Below, one piece after another: positions 29,222-39,776 of a stretch of DNA of 64,000 nucleotides. Source of the DNA: Bacteriovoracia bacterium (GTDB taxonomy: Bacteria; Bdellovibrionota; UBA1018; CAIPTA01); contig JBFWVL010000001.1 of the NCBI GenBank assembly GCA_050246755.1, positions 1-64,000 on the forward strand. Direction: 5' to 3'. Numbering within the stretch: the first letter of the stretch is position 1; every line of letters begins with the position of its first letter. The notes under the pieces are model-generated. The model was not told where the DNA came from, made no database searches, and saw only the letters and a program-made list of their open reading frames with translations. The translations under genes and the position numbers were made by a program.

Positions 29222-29965
29222 TTATCGTATAAATTGAATTGAGTTAATGATTGCAGCCGCTTCACTAGCCGTTTGCCCATCGTGTTTAGAAAGTACGCCA
29301 GGACTAGCTTTAACTACGTTAGTCGAAACCACCACCATTCGAAGTCCTCCGCTGATGGAAACAGCTTCATGCTGAAACATGCAAGTATCCGGAAAACTTT
29401 GAATAAGAGCGCGCACAGAAAACTGAATTCCGGACAGCATCGAATTTTCGCCAAAAGCAAATGGGATCCTTCGATAACGAACACCCAATTCAACATGGTC
29501 CACGTTAGGCTCTTTGCCGGTATATTTAGACCAATCGCCTTCTTTATTCGGTCTCACACGAATTATGATTTTACTGCACCATTCTCCACCCACCTCAGAG
29601 CCCGGTTTACCCGCAACTTTGCAAGCATCTGTAACTGGCATTAAATTTAAGGTGTTATCGGGATATTCTTCCTCTTCATCCGAAGGGACTACTTTCCACG
29701 ATTTTGGAAATTTTACCTTGGCACCGTAGCTTGCACCCTTAGGTGACAGCGTCGCAGATTCGGTTAGAGCGCTATCTGGTGTAGGCTCTTTAACTTTCCA
29801 GAAGTAATTAGGAAATTTTCCAGACAGTGATTGTGTGTCCGGGCAAGCTGCGACAGGTAGCGATTCCTTTTTCTGCTTTGATGCAGAGAAAGCGGCATTG
29901 GGAGATGCCATGCCGACGCTCAGCGTCACGAGCGCTGGCAGCATTAGTAAAATATGCTTCTGCAT
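29222..29965 (-). CDS. hypothetical secreted protein
   Basis: Probable start MQKHILLMLPALVTLSVGMA; ORF open further upstream to 30052. Confidence 0.65.
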   Translation of the reverse strand: MQKHILLMLPALVTLSVGMASPNAAFSASKQKKESLPVAACPDTQSLSGKFPNYFWKVKEPTPDSALTESATLSPKGASYGAKVKFPKSWKVVPSDEEEEYPDNTLNLMPVTDACKVAGKPGSEVGGEWCSKIIIRVRPNKEGDWSKYTGKEPNVDHVELGVRYRRIPFAFGENSMLSGIQFSVRALIQSFPDTCMFQHEAVSISGGLRMVVVSTNVVKASPGVLSKHDGQTASEAAAIINSIQFIR

Positions 29966-30219
29966 CGAAGTCACAAACTTTACACTGGTGGAATTGGAGT
30001 AGAAATCGCAGCGAGAAAAACGCATCCGTGGTCCTCTAAGGGCCGAATCCAATCAGCCTTAAATATACAATACGAGAAGGCTAATGGCCGTCGTCCACTA
30101 GCTGCAAGTACTTTTCCGTTACACTAAAATTTATATCAACCACAGTCACGCTAAAACAGTAATCGCATTTTTTGCAAACTAAATTCTTACCTATTTGATT
30201 TTTTATTTGGGAGCTATGC

Positions 30220-30713
30220 TGACCAGCCGGGAGTTTTTGTACCACTCCTAGAGTTTAACTGCGGCCAAAACTCTTCGGAAATCTTGCTCGAAAGCTAAAG
30301 GGGCCGGTGGCCTGTAGCCAAGCGCGCTGTGCGGCCTCTTCGTATTGTAATGCCTTCTCCATTGTTCAATTATAACCTTCGCCTCCAGTAGCGAGAAGAA
30401 GATTTCTCCGTTCAAAAACTCATAGCGCATCTTCCCGTTAAATGACTCGCAATAACCATTCTCCCACGGGCTTCCCGGAAAAATAAATAGTGGCTTTACA
30501 TCCAACGCCTTCAGCCACCAACGCAATTTCGTTGCCACAAATTCAGGGCCGTTATCAGAACGAATATGCTTTGGGACTCCTCGCTTTAGAAATAAATCGG
30601 CCAGCGCCTGAATCACATCTCCCGAACGAATTCTTCTCGCTACGATCGAGGCCAAACATTCTCGTGAGTATTCGTCGATGATATTTAAAATTCTGAATTT
30701 TCTTCCGTCATGC
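30220..30713 (-). pseudogene. truncated IS3-family element (integrase core + IR only)
   Basis: DGRKFRILNIIDEYSREC, RSDNGPEF, SPWENGYCESFN, RPHSALGY; end TGACCAGCCGGGAG at 30220; cut off by the neighbouring IS at 30714. Confidence 0.85.
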
Positions 30714-31958
30714 TGACCATCCTCCCAAAAACCTAGCCATTTGAAAGCTCTAAAAAACCGGGTATAACACGCCCGGCCGTAAGGCCGGGAGACCTGGGAG
30801 TAGAGCAAATGAAGAAGTCGAATTTCAAAGAAGAGGACATCGTAAGAATTCTTGGCCAAGCCGCAGCGGGAAAAGTACGGCCGAGATCTGCCGGGAAAAT
30901 AAAATCTCAAGCTACACATTTTATTCGTGGCGCAGGAAATTTTCCGGCATGGATGTGAAGGAAGCCAAGCGCCTGCGTGATCTCGAAAGCGAGAACGCGC
31001 GTTTGAAGCGCCTGGTGGCCGATCAGGCCCTCGACATCACGGTTTTAAAGGACGCGCTTGGAAAAAAGTAAGAAGGCCTTCTGAAAGAAAAACCTTGGCC
31101 CGTGCCGCGATTGAGCGGTTCGGGCTGAAACATCGACGGGCCTGCCGGATTTTTGAGATCAATCGCTTCACCTGGCACTACACGCCGCAACCTGATCGCA
31201 ACGTGAAGCTGCGCCAGCGAATGCGTGAGCTCGCGGCACAGAATCCGGTTTACGGCCACCCAATGCTTTTTTATCTCGTAAGGCGCGAGTGGCCGTACCC
31301 GATCAATCACAAGCGCACGGAGAAAATCTATAGGGAAGAAGGCCTTTCACTCAGGAGAAAGCGGAAGCGAAAAAAGTGGCGGCAATTGCGCCTGGCGCTT
31401 CCGCCCGCGATGGATCAAGAATACGTTTGGTCGATGGATTTTGTGCACGATCGCCTGGCCAATAATCAGCAGCTGAAGTTTCTCACGATGGTGGATCACG
31501 CTACGCGAACTGTGCCCGATCTTTACGCTGCCAAATCCATCAAAGGAACCGACGTAGTGGGAGTTCTCGAGCGGCTTAAGCTGCAAAACCGCAAGCCGAA
31601 AATCTTGGTCGTGGACAATGGGCCCGAGTTTCGCTCCAAAGCGCTTCAAGAATGGACTACGAGTAACCAGGTTCGCCTTCCCTTCATCGAACCGGGCAAG
31701 CCTTACCAAAACGGCTTCATCGAATCGTTCAACGGGAGATTTCGCGCCGAATGCCTCGATCGAAATGTATTCGTGAACGTGGATGCGGCAAGGATTTTTG
31801 CGCGAGGATGGAAGAATGAATACGAATCACAGCGGCCACACTCAAGTTTGCGAGGCCTTACGCCGAATGAATTTGCAGAACGAACAATGCGTGCTAAACA
31901 CGCCAACCAAAGCCCCGGTCTAGAGCTAATAAGTGGCTAGGAACAAGGGGGATGGTCA
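30714..31958 (+). mobile_element. IS3-family element, orfA inactivated
   Basis: IRs TGACCATCCTCCC...CCTAGCCA / TGGCTAGG...GGGGGATGGTCA; orfA 30809-31071 has an extra frameshift near 30870; A6G slippery site at 31062-31068; orfB to 31940 with WSMDF, DNGPEF, ESFN. Confidence 0.9.
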
Positions 31959-32005
31959 GGACGAAAACAACAGAAGACCTAAAAGAACTGCCCTCATTTT
32001 TATCA

Positions 32006-32518
32006 CTATGGCCGCTTCTTTTTCTTGGAGCATTGAGCAATCTCTAAAACCTCGTCCATGCTCTTTCCTTGAGAATATGCTTCGATTGCAGAAATTCTAC
32101 AGCGAATATAAGACGACTCGCCTTTAATACGATCTGGATAAGGCAATATACCGAAAGATCCACTTTCAACGTTGGCCAAGTTTCCCGAAGAGTTCATGAG
32201 GAACATTATAAGAAACGAGCCTACATTTTCTATGCTCGAAGGTGCATCCTTTTTATTTCCATTACGCTTGCTATGAAAGTAGGCAAAGCGTTGATTGTTT
32301 TTTTCTCCCTTAAAACTTCTAACTACCTCAAACTCTACACGCGTATCTGCTCCATTCCCATTTACAGAAGGTAGCCTTTCTACTTGCTTTACCTTTCCAA
32401 CAAAAATATTGTCGGATTTTTCGAGACTATCTTTAAGAGACATAACCGGTACTTCGCCCGTTGTGGCAAAAGCGAGACTGGAAACTATTAATAAAAGGCC
32501 TACGCCCACTTTAGTCAC
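32006..32518 (-). CDS. small secreted TIMP/NTR-like (OB-fold) protein, paralog 1
   Basis: Signal peptide; LEKSDNIFVGKV...FEVVRSFKG. Confidence 0.7.
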   Translation of the reverse strand: MTKVGVGLLLIVSSLAFATTGEVPVMSLKDSLEKSDNIFVGKVKQVERLPSVNGNGADTRVEFEVVRSFKGEKNNQRFAYFHSKRNGNKKDAPSSIENVGSFLIMFLMNSSGNLANVESGSFGILPYPDRIKGESSYIRCRISAIEAYSQGKSMDEVLEIAQCSKKKKRP

Positions 32519-33036
32519 TACGGCCGCTTCTTCTTTTTGTAACAGTAGGAAATCTCTAAAACCTCATCCATGCTTTTTTTCTGTGAATACGCCTCTAATG
32601 CCGAGATGGCACATCGCAGAGAGCTACTAAATTCTCCAGCAGCATCAGGGAAAGGTGGAATAAGAGTTGAACCGCTCTCGGTATTTACACGCCCCCCTAA
32701 AGATCCATTAGTGAAAATAATAAAGAAAGATCCAACATTCTCAATTGAAACGGGAGCATCCTTTTCATTGCCACTACGGGTACTATAAAAATATACGACC
32801 TGTGGGTTTTTCTTTTTTCCCTTGAAGCTTTTAATCACTTCGATCTCGGCGCGCATATCCGAACCATCTGCTTTTAGCGAAGACAATTTCTCGACTTTCT
32901 TTACTTTGCCAATAAAGATGTCGTCGGACTTCTCAAGCCTGTCTTTAAGGGGCATCACCGGAATTTCTCCCGTTGTGGCAAGAGCCAAACCAGAGAAAAT
33001 CAATGAAATGCAAAGAAATACCGTTATTCTACCCAT
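32518..33036 (-). CDS. small secreted TIMP/NTR-like protein, paralog 2
   Basis: LEKSDDIFIGKV...IEVIKSFKG; close tandem paralog of 32006-32518. Confidence 0.7.
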   Translation of the reverse strand: MGRITVFLCISLIFSGLALATTGEIPVMPLKDRLEKSDDIFIGKVKKVEKLSSLKADGSDMRAEIEVIKSFKGKKKNPQVVYFYSTRSGNEKDAPVSIENVGSFFIIFTNGSLGGRVNTESGSTLIPPFPDAAGEFSSSLRCAISALEAYSQKKSMDEVLEISYCYKKKKRP

Positions 33037-33592
33037 ACTGGAATCTCCATAAAGGTTCCTACTTCACGCTGCAACGAAACAAGCTTTTCATTCAGCAACT
33101 GAATTCTATTAATTGTATCCGCGATCAAAGCGTTAAGTCGCTCTATTTCTTCCGGATCAGTCTCTAATTTTAGCTGCCGTTCGTAAGCATTTTTCCTAGC
33201 TTCTTCTTCGTTAATGGCCGCCGTAAACCCACTTGCCGCACGTTTATTCCGAATATACGTGTGAGCACGCCAATTATGTATGCCCGGGCTTAAGCGTATA
33301 GAGTTTGCTCGCCACCGACTACCGGGTGCGTCTTCTAACGTCTTTTGCGACTGACCGTCAAGCTTAAGGGAAACAACGAATTCAAGCTCTTGGTTCTCAG
33401 GAAAATTAATTGCGTGCGCAACGAGTTGCGATCGTTCACCCGTTGCATAAGAATATTTATCCAGAGCGACTTCAATAAAAGCATTTCGCGGATTTGGAAT
33501 TATTTCCATCAAGGCTTGCCGTTTCGCTAAAACAGAATCGATTACTTGAAGCACGGCTTCTCTAGTAAATTCCAGCGGCGTAGTCGGTTGAT
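33024..33592 (-). pseudogene. 5'-truncated homolog of 36095-37051 (Ig-like + coiled coil)
   Basis: Frame stays open upstream of GTG 33554 (HQPTTPLEFTREAVL, cf. EPLEYEQEQVL) up to the tRNA-end repeat at 33593. Confidence 0.7.
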
Positions 33593-33604
33593 GTGGTGCT
33601 CACA
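33593..33604 (-). repeat. 12-bp copy of the tRNA-Leu 3' end (att-like scar)
   Basis: GTGGTGCTCACA identical to 37628-37639 and 37334-37345, same orientation. Confidence 0.65.
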
Positions 33605-33775
33605 ATTTACTCTTCGGTGAATCTTTTGCGCTTCATATCTTGCCTTTCTTTTTTTCAAGAAAAGAAGACTTTGTCACGCCGCTTCGAACATTTACTTTGG
33701 TACAGTTTCACCCACCAACGTCAAATGGAGCTAAAAATTTCATTCATTATTCTTAAGTGACCGATAAACTAACGG

Positions 33776-34234
33776 CTATGGCTTAATGCTTTTCAGCTTT
33801 TTAAGTTCTTCCCCGACATCACTAAATTTAATATTCCCACCGCCCATCGCTTGAGAAGTATAATTCCTATTGTTCAATTTTTTTGCATAGAAAAGAATTT
33901 CAGACTTATTCTTTGCTGCTCCTCGCATGCTATTGCCAGTATCGGGATTACAAACATCAAAAGAATCTTTAGGCTTACGATAGAAAACATCAACCATACT
34001 GCCTGACTTGCCTTTGCCTTTTAAAATAATCGTGACTTTTACTTTAACTTTTCTACTAAACTCAGGGGTCTTATCTGTTGTGTCTACATCTTCGGTAGGA
34101 ACGCCCACAAAAATAAAATCGGCGCTTTTAAAGCGCTCTTCAAGAGTGGGCATAGGAAATGTGCAAGTTAATCCAAATGCAGTGTTAGAAAAAACCAGCC
34201 AAATCGCACAAATTAGTGGAGCTAAAAATTTCAT
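33776..34234 (-). CDS. small secreted TIMP/NTR-like protein, paralog 3
   Basis: Signal peptide; TCTFPMPTLEERFKSADFIFVG...VKVKVTIILKG. Confidence 0.72.
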   Translation of the reverse strand: MKFLAPLICAIWLVFSNTAFGLTCTFPMPTLEERFKSADFIFVGVPTEDVDTTDKTPEFSRKVKVKVTIILKGKGKSGSMVDVFYRKPKDSFDVCNPDTGNSMRGAAKNKSEILFYAKKLNNRNYTSQAMGGGNIKFSDVGEELKKLKSIKP

Positions 34235-34299
34235 TCGTTGTTCCCTGCTAGTTTACGATTAAATCGACATTAATAAGACTACCAACAACAGTGCGATTT

Positions 34300-35535
34300 T
34301 GACCGGCTCCCCAAAACTCTACCAAAACCAATGTTAGTTTTCGGGCCTCAAACAGCCTTCTTCTGGGATATTTTTTCCAACCACTCCGCCGGCGCAAGAT
34401 TTCCTAGCGAACGATGTGGCCTCCAATTATTGTATTCGATTCTCCAATTTTCGATAACCTCTTTTGCCTCGTCTAAACTTAAAAACGTATTTGCGTTTAA
34501 GCATTCATCCCGAAGCCTTCCGTTAAAGCTGTCGATAAATGCGTTTTCCGTCGGCTTACCAGGTCGGATGAAGTGGATTTTCACGCTATTTTCAAATGCC
34601 CAGCGGTCTAATTCCTTTGAGGCGAACTCCGTTCCGTTATCCACAATCAGCGTCGCGGGCTTCGATCCTAGCTTCGCCAGAGCCGACAACACTTCCGTTA
34701 CTGCGCTCGAAGTCCACCCAGCCCTCGCCTCGAGCCGGGGGCTAACTCTGCTAAAGCTATCTACTATCGTTAAAATCCGAAATTTCTTTCCATCAATTGT
34801 CTGATCATGCACAAAGTCCATGCTCCAGCATTCGTTTGGAGCTGTTGGTTGTTCGGGTTTCACGCGCTTTGCTGCAGAGATTTTCTTGCGGCGCTTAGTC
34901 TTCACGCAGAGGCCTTCTTCTTTATATAGCCTTCGAAGTCTTTTTAAATTCATTTTGATGCCTTGCCTTGCCATCAGCACATGAATTCTCCGATATCCGT
35001 ATCTTGGACGTGCTTCTGCTAAATCTCGTATCTTGATTTTTAGATCCGACTCATCTTTTCTTACCGACCGATAGCGGTGGCCTGAGCGATCTATTTGCGC
35101 GAGCCCGCAGGCGCGCCTTTGGCTCGTATTAAAGGCATGGAGAAGGAATTCAACTATCTTTCTCCTCTTAGCGGGCGTTAGAACTTTTTTCTCAAGACCT
35201 CTTGAAGCATCTGCTTGTCGAGCATTAGATCTGCCACGATCGCTTTTAATTTTCGGTTCTCTTCTTCCACCTGGCGCATGCGCCGAAGCTCGGAAACATC
35301 CATCCCATGAAATTTCTTCTTCCAGCGATGAAAAGTGACTTCCGTAATTCCTAGCTTGCGACAAACCTCTTTGATCGGAGTACCTGACTCCGCTTCGCGA
35401 AGCGTCCGCACGATCTGCTCTTCCGAAAAATTCTTTCTGGGCATTCATTCCTCCTCCTTTTTTCGTATCAGGAGAAGGCCGCTTGGAGCGCCGCTTCTTA
35501 CATGAATTTTGGCTTAGTTTCTGGGGCTACCGTCA
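34300..35535 (-). mobile_element. IS3-family element, apparently intact
   Basis: IRs TGACGGTAGCCCCAGAAAC / TGACCGGCTCCCCAAAAC; orfA 35444-35178; A6G -1 frameshift site at 35184-35190; orfB to 34348 with WSMDF, DNGTEF, RPHRSLG. Confidence 0.92.
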
Positions 35536-35562
35536 AAATTTGTTATACTCTCATCGGTTTAG

Positions 35563-36105
35563 TTATAGGCGAAGCAAACCGGGAATTGATTCTAGGCAAG
35601 CCCTTTTTTCGCTACTCTTCATTTTTTCGCATTCTTTTTTCCGCTCTTCCGCTTGGCGCTTTCTAACTTCTATAAACCGCCGACCAAGCTCCTCGTCCGT
35701 ACCTGGCGTTTTTGTTACTTCATCAAAAATTTCAATATCTCTTACAGCATCAATAACGGGTAACGGGAAACTTTGTCGGTACGGTTCACTCTTCCCTCTA
35801 ATGGAAAATAAGTAGTCTTTTCCTATCTCTGGAATAAACTTAGGACCTCGATTTCTCACATAAACCGTGAGTTGAATACCCGGCTCACCCCGATAGACTT
35901 TGCCTACCCTTACGGTGACCTTGTGATCCCTCTCATATGCATCAAATTTACTTAAATCTAAAGAATCAACTCGCCCCACAAAAACAAATGTACTCTTTAA
36001 AAAATCTTTCCCTGTTCCAGGAATCTCTTCAGCCTTCGCCCAAATTGGGCTAGAAGAACTCACGATAAGAAATATGAATAGGGAAAAAACCGACTTAGTT
36101 AACAA
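35563..36105 (-). CDS. small secreted TIMP/NTR-like protein, paralog 4
   Basis: Probable TTG start at 36105 overlapping the upstream stop; FLKSTFVFVGRV...VRVGKVYRG...IGKDYLF. Confidence 0.65.
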   Translation of the reverse strand: MLTKSVFSLFIFLIVSSSSPIWAKAEEIPGTGKDFLKSTFVFVGRVDSLDLSKFDAYERDHKVTVRVGKVYRGEPGIQLTVYVRNRGPKFIPEIGKDYLFSIRGKSEPYRQSFPLPVIDAVRDIEIFDEVTKTPGTDEELGRRFIEVRKRQAEERKKECEKMKSSEKRACLESIPGLLRL

Positions 36106-37051
36106 AAATTTGATTAATTGCTTCGACGGATACAAGAGTCCTCCCAGCATTCAGTTGAATTTTTAGATCTTGAATTCTATTTAAAAGCATTATGTTCCTA
36201 TCAGTAATTATACCAATTTCTTGAGGATCTGTCTCGCGCTCCAGTCTCTTATTATTTGCCAGCACTTCGCCCTCAGATGCCACTATTCCTTGTTCTATAC
36301 TTTTTGCCCATCTGGAATTTTGCACATAGGCGCGAACTTCCCAAATATGGCTTCCCAGCGAAAGTGGAATACTTTTAGCCCCATAAATCCCAGAACTAAC
36401 CGCTTCAATTTTTAGGGGCGATCCATCAAAGTATGATTCCAAAAAATATTCTTGCTCCGGATTAGTCAAACTAGAAAGTACTCGCGCGCTTAAGTTTACC
36501 CTCTCTCCAACAGAAAAATTTTGCTTATTTGCAGAAAGACCGAATAATTTTTTTCTTTGATTTAGCAAAATTCCGGCAAGAACGGCCTTTATTTCACCGA
36601 GATTAAATTCAGATAAAACTTGTTCTTGCTCGTACTCTAAAGGCTCTATTTTAGAAGTTTGAACTGTATTATTCCGGATATATTTTTTGAGCTCATTTAG
36701 TTGCTTATAAGCAACGTCCCACTGATTCTTATCAAGATTTTGTTTGGCTAAATCAAGATTTGCGAGCATCGTCTCACGTCGCGCAGGTCCATTATTCGTA
36801 AACGCACGCTCAGGAAGATTTTTAATAGCAGTACGAAGAATCCGATAAATTACTGACTCTGAGTAAACTTTTATACCATTTTTAAATATCTGAAACCGTA
36901 CAATGCTTGGATCGTCAATCACCTGAACGGCAAAAGGTATCTCTTCACTACTCGCTAAACGATCCTCAGATAGGAACACAAAATAAACTAATCCGGCAAT
37001 ATCTTTTTTGGAGGCTAAAAGAGATTTAATATTCGTCCGAACTGGCTGCAT
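36095..37051 (-). CDS. hypothetical protein (helical bundle + Ig-like + coiled coil); 5' end probably eroded
   Basis: 318-aa ORF homologous to 33024-33592; upstream in-frame hydrophobic stretch IFFGIFLAALVA suggests a damaged signal peptide. Confidence 0.65.
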   Translation of the reverse strand: MQPVRTNIKSLLASKKDIAGLVYFVFLSEDRLASSEEIPFAVQVIDDPSIVRFQIFKNGIKVYSESVIYRILRTAIKNLPERAFTNNGPARRETMLANLDLAKQNLDKNQWDVAYKQLNELKKYIRNNTVQTSKIEPLEYEQEQVLSEFNLGEIKAVLAGILLNQRKKLFGLSANKQNFSVGERVNLSARVLSSLTNPEQEYFLESYFDGSPLKIEAVSSGIYGAKSIPLSLGSHIWEVRAYVQNSRWAKSIEQGIVASEGEVLANNKRLERETDPQEIGIITDRNIMLLNRIQDLKIQLNAGRTLVSVEAINQIFVN

Positions 37052-37239
37052 TGCAACTAATGCGGCGAGAAATATACCGAAAAAAATTTACTTTTTTTCC
37101 CGTGAGAAATGATGATTTCTCGCTAGGCAGAGTGGCTGGTGTTTTTTCTAAAGAAACGAAGAAAAGACCGCACGCATTAAACTCGATGCGGCGCAATTTT
37201 TCTTACACGGTGGAAGGCGGCGGTCTCCGGTCTTTTGCT

Positions 37240-37652
37240 CGCGTTCGAATTTCAGCGAACCGAGTCTCAGAAATCCCCAAATCTCCAAAGTTGAGGAGAG
37301 CGACGAAGGATTTGGGGATTTTCGGATTTCTGAGTGGTGCTCACAGAGGGACTCGCCCCACTACAGTCGAGTCTCCTGACTCTCCTTGCGTGGGCTCCCC
37401 TACGTCGCTAAGAAAAGCCTCCTGCTTTTCTTCCCCGCGCTAAATCGCCTTGCGATTCAGCGCAGGTCGCTCCTCCGCGTTCGAGTCCCGAAAATACCAA
37501 GTCTCAAACGAATAGAATTGCCCAAAGTCGAGGCGACGAGAGAGCGCAGCCGTGAGACGGGCTACTGCCCGTCGGAACGGGGCGCGAGCGAAGGCAACGA
37601 TGGATTTGGGCAATTCTATTCGTTTGAGTGGTGCTCACAGAGGGACTCGAAC
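37240..37652 (-). repeat. tRNA-anchored tandem repeat: 25-bp tRNA 3'-end duplication plus 24-bp hairpins
   Basis: TGAGTGGTGCTCACAGAGGGACTCG at 37331-37355 and 37625-37649; IR arms 37503-37526/37605-37628 (24/24) and 37266-37289/37311-37334 (21/24). Confidence 0.85.
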
Positions 37653-37713
37653 CCCCACACCTTGCGGCACTAGCTCCTAAGGCTAGCGTGTCTACCAATT
37701 CCACCATGTGAGC
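37629..37713 (-). tRNA. tRNA-Leu (anticodon TAG)
   Basis: GCTCACATGGTGGAATTGGTAGACACGCTAGCCTTAGGAGCTAGTGCCGCAAGGTGTGGGGGTTCGAGTCCCTCTGTGAGCACCA; 85 nt, long variable arm, encoded CCA. Confidence 0.96.
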
Positions 37714-37726
37714 AAACAGAAAATAG

Positions 37727-38742
37727 TTATAGCGTGCCGAGCTCTTTCGCCACCAAATGAGAATAGTGGCAAGCCGCGTAGTGGTTGCTTACTTTCTCCT
37801 CGAGGCGTGGAACGTCGGTTTTGCAATTTTCGCGGGCCATCGGGCAGCGCGGATGGAACGGGCATCCGGGCGGCACGTTGATGGGGCTCGGCACATCGCC
37901 CTGGAGCAGGATGCGCTGGGGGCGGCCCTTGGGATCCGGCATGGGGATCGCGGAAAAGAGCGCGCGGGTATAAGGATGCTTGGGATCTTTGTAAAGGTCC
38001 GCGGCGGTGGCGATCTCCACCACTTTGCCCAAATACATCACGGCCACCCGGGTAGAGATATGCTCCACCACTTTGAGGTCGTGGGCGATGAAGAGGTAGG
38101 TAAGCTTCAGCTCCTTCTGCAAATCCTGCAGGAGGTTGATGATCTGGGCCTGAATGGAAACGTCGAGCGCGGAAACGGGCTCGTCGCACACGATGAATTC
38201 GGGCTCCACGGCGAGGGCGCGCGCGATGCAGATGCGCTGGCGCTGGCCGCCGGAGAATTCATGGGGGTAGCGGTTCACGGCTTCGGCGCGGAGGCCGCAG
38301 AGCTCGAGGAGCTTCAGCACGCGCTTATTCACTTCGGCGCCTTTGGCGAGGCCGTGGATCTTGATGGGCTCGGCGATGATATTACCCACCGTCATGCGCG
38401 GGTTCAGCGAGGCGAAGGGATCCTGGAAAATGATCTGCATCTTGCGGCGGATGAGGCGGAGCTCTTCGGCGCCAAAACCGAGCACGTTTTGCCCGTTGAA
38501 GTAAACGTCGCCCGAGGTGGGCTCGATGAGGCGGAGGATGCAGCGGCCGAGGGTGGATTTCCCGCAGCCGGATTCGCCCACGAGGCCGAGGGTTTCCCCG
38601 CGCTTGATGGCGAAGCTCACGCCCTGGATGGCTTGCACGGCGGCCACTTCACGGCCGAGGAGCCCGCCCTTGATGGGGAACTTCTTGACCAAATTATTTA
38701 CCACGAGGAGGCCGTCGTTTGGATTCACGATGGTTGGCTGCA

Positions 38743-38743
<1 letters not shown>
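37727..38743 (-). CDS. oppF: oligopeptide ABC transporter ATPase
   Basis: [21 protein letters not shown]-terminal GCPFHPRC. Confidence 0.92.
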
Positions 38744-39759
<1,016 letters not shown>

Positions 39760-39776
39760 ACGTCTATTTTCCTGGC

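Larger units (their letters stand above)
28430..37628. mobile_element. degenerate genomic island / integration hotspot downstream of tRNA-Leu
   Basis: Visibly AT-richer than flanks; orphan genes; three IS3 elements or remnants; duplicated tRNA 3' ends; no integrase seen; left boundary approximate. Confidence 0.7.

Noticed and set aside
30714-30919. N-terminal part of ORF 30248-30919
   Set aside because: Read-through into the antisense strand of the neighbouring IS3, not transposase sequence.
33260-33268. TGTGAGCAC as another tRNA-end copy
   Set aside because: Only 9 bp, opposite orientation and inside a coding region; compatible with chance.
34348-35448. 366-aa ORF as the true transposase from its listed start
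   Set aside because: Its N-terminus is the off-frame reading of orfA; the real product is the OrfAB fusion via the A6G -1 frameshift.
37240-37652. tRNA-end repeats as a CRISPR array
   Set aside because: Only two long copies 294 bp apart, the repeat is tRNA sequence, and there are no cas genes.
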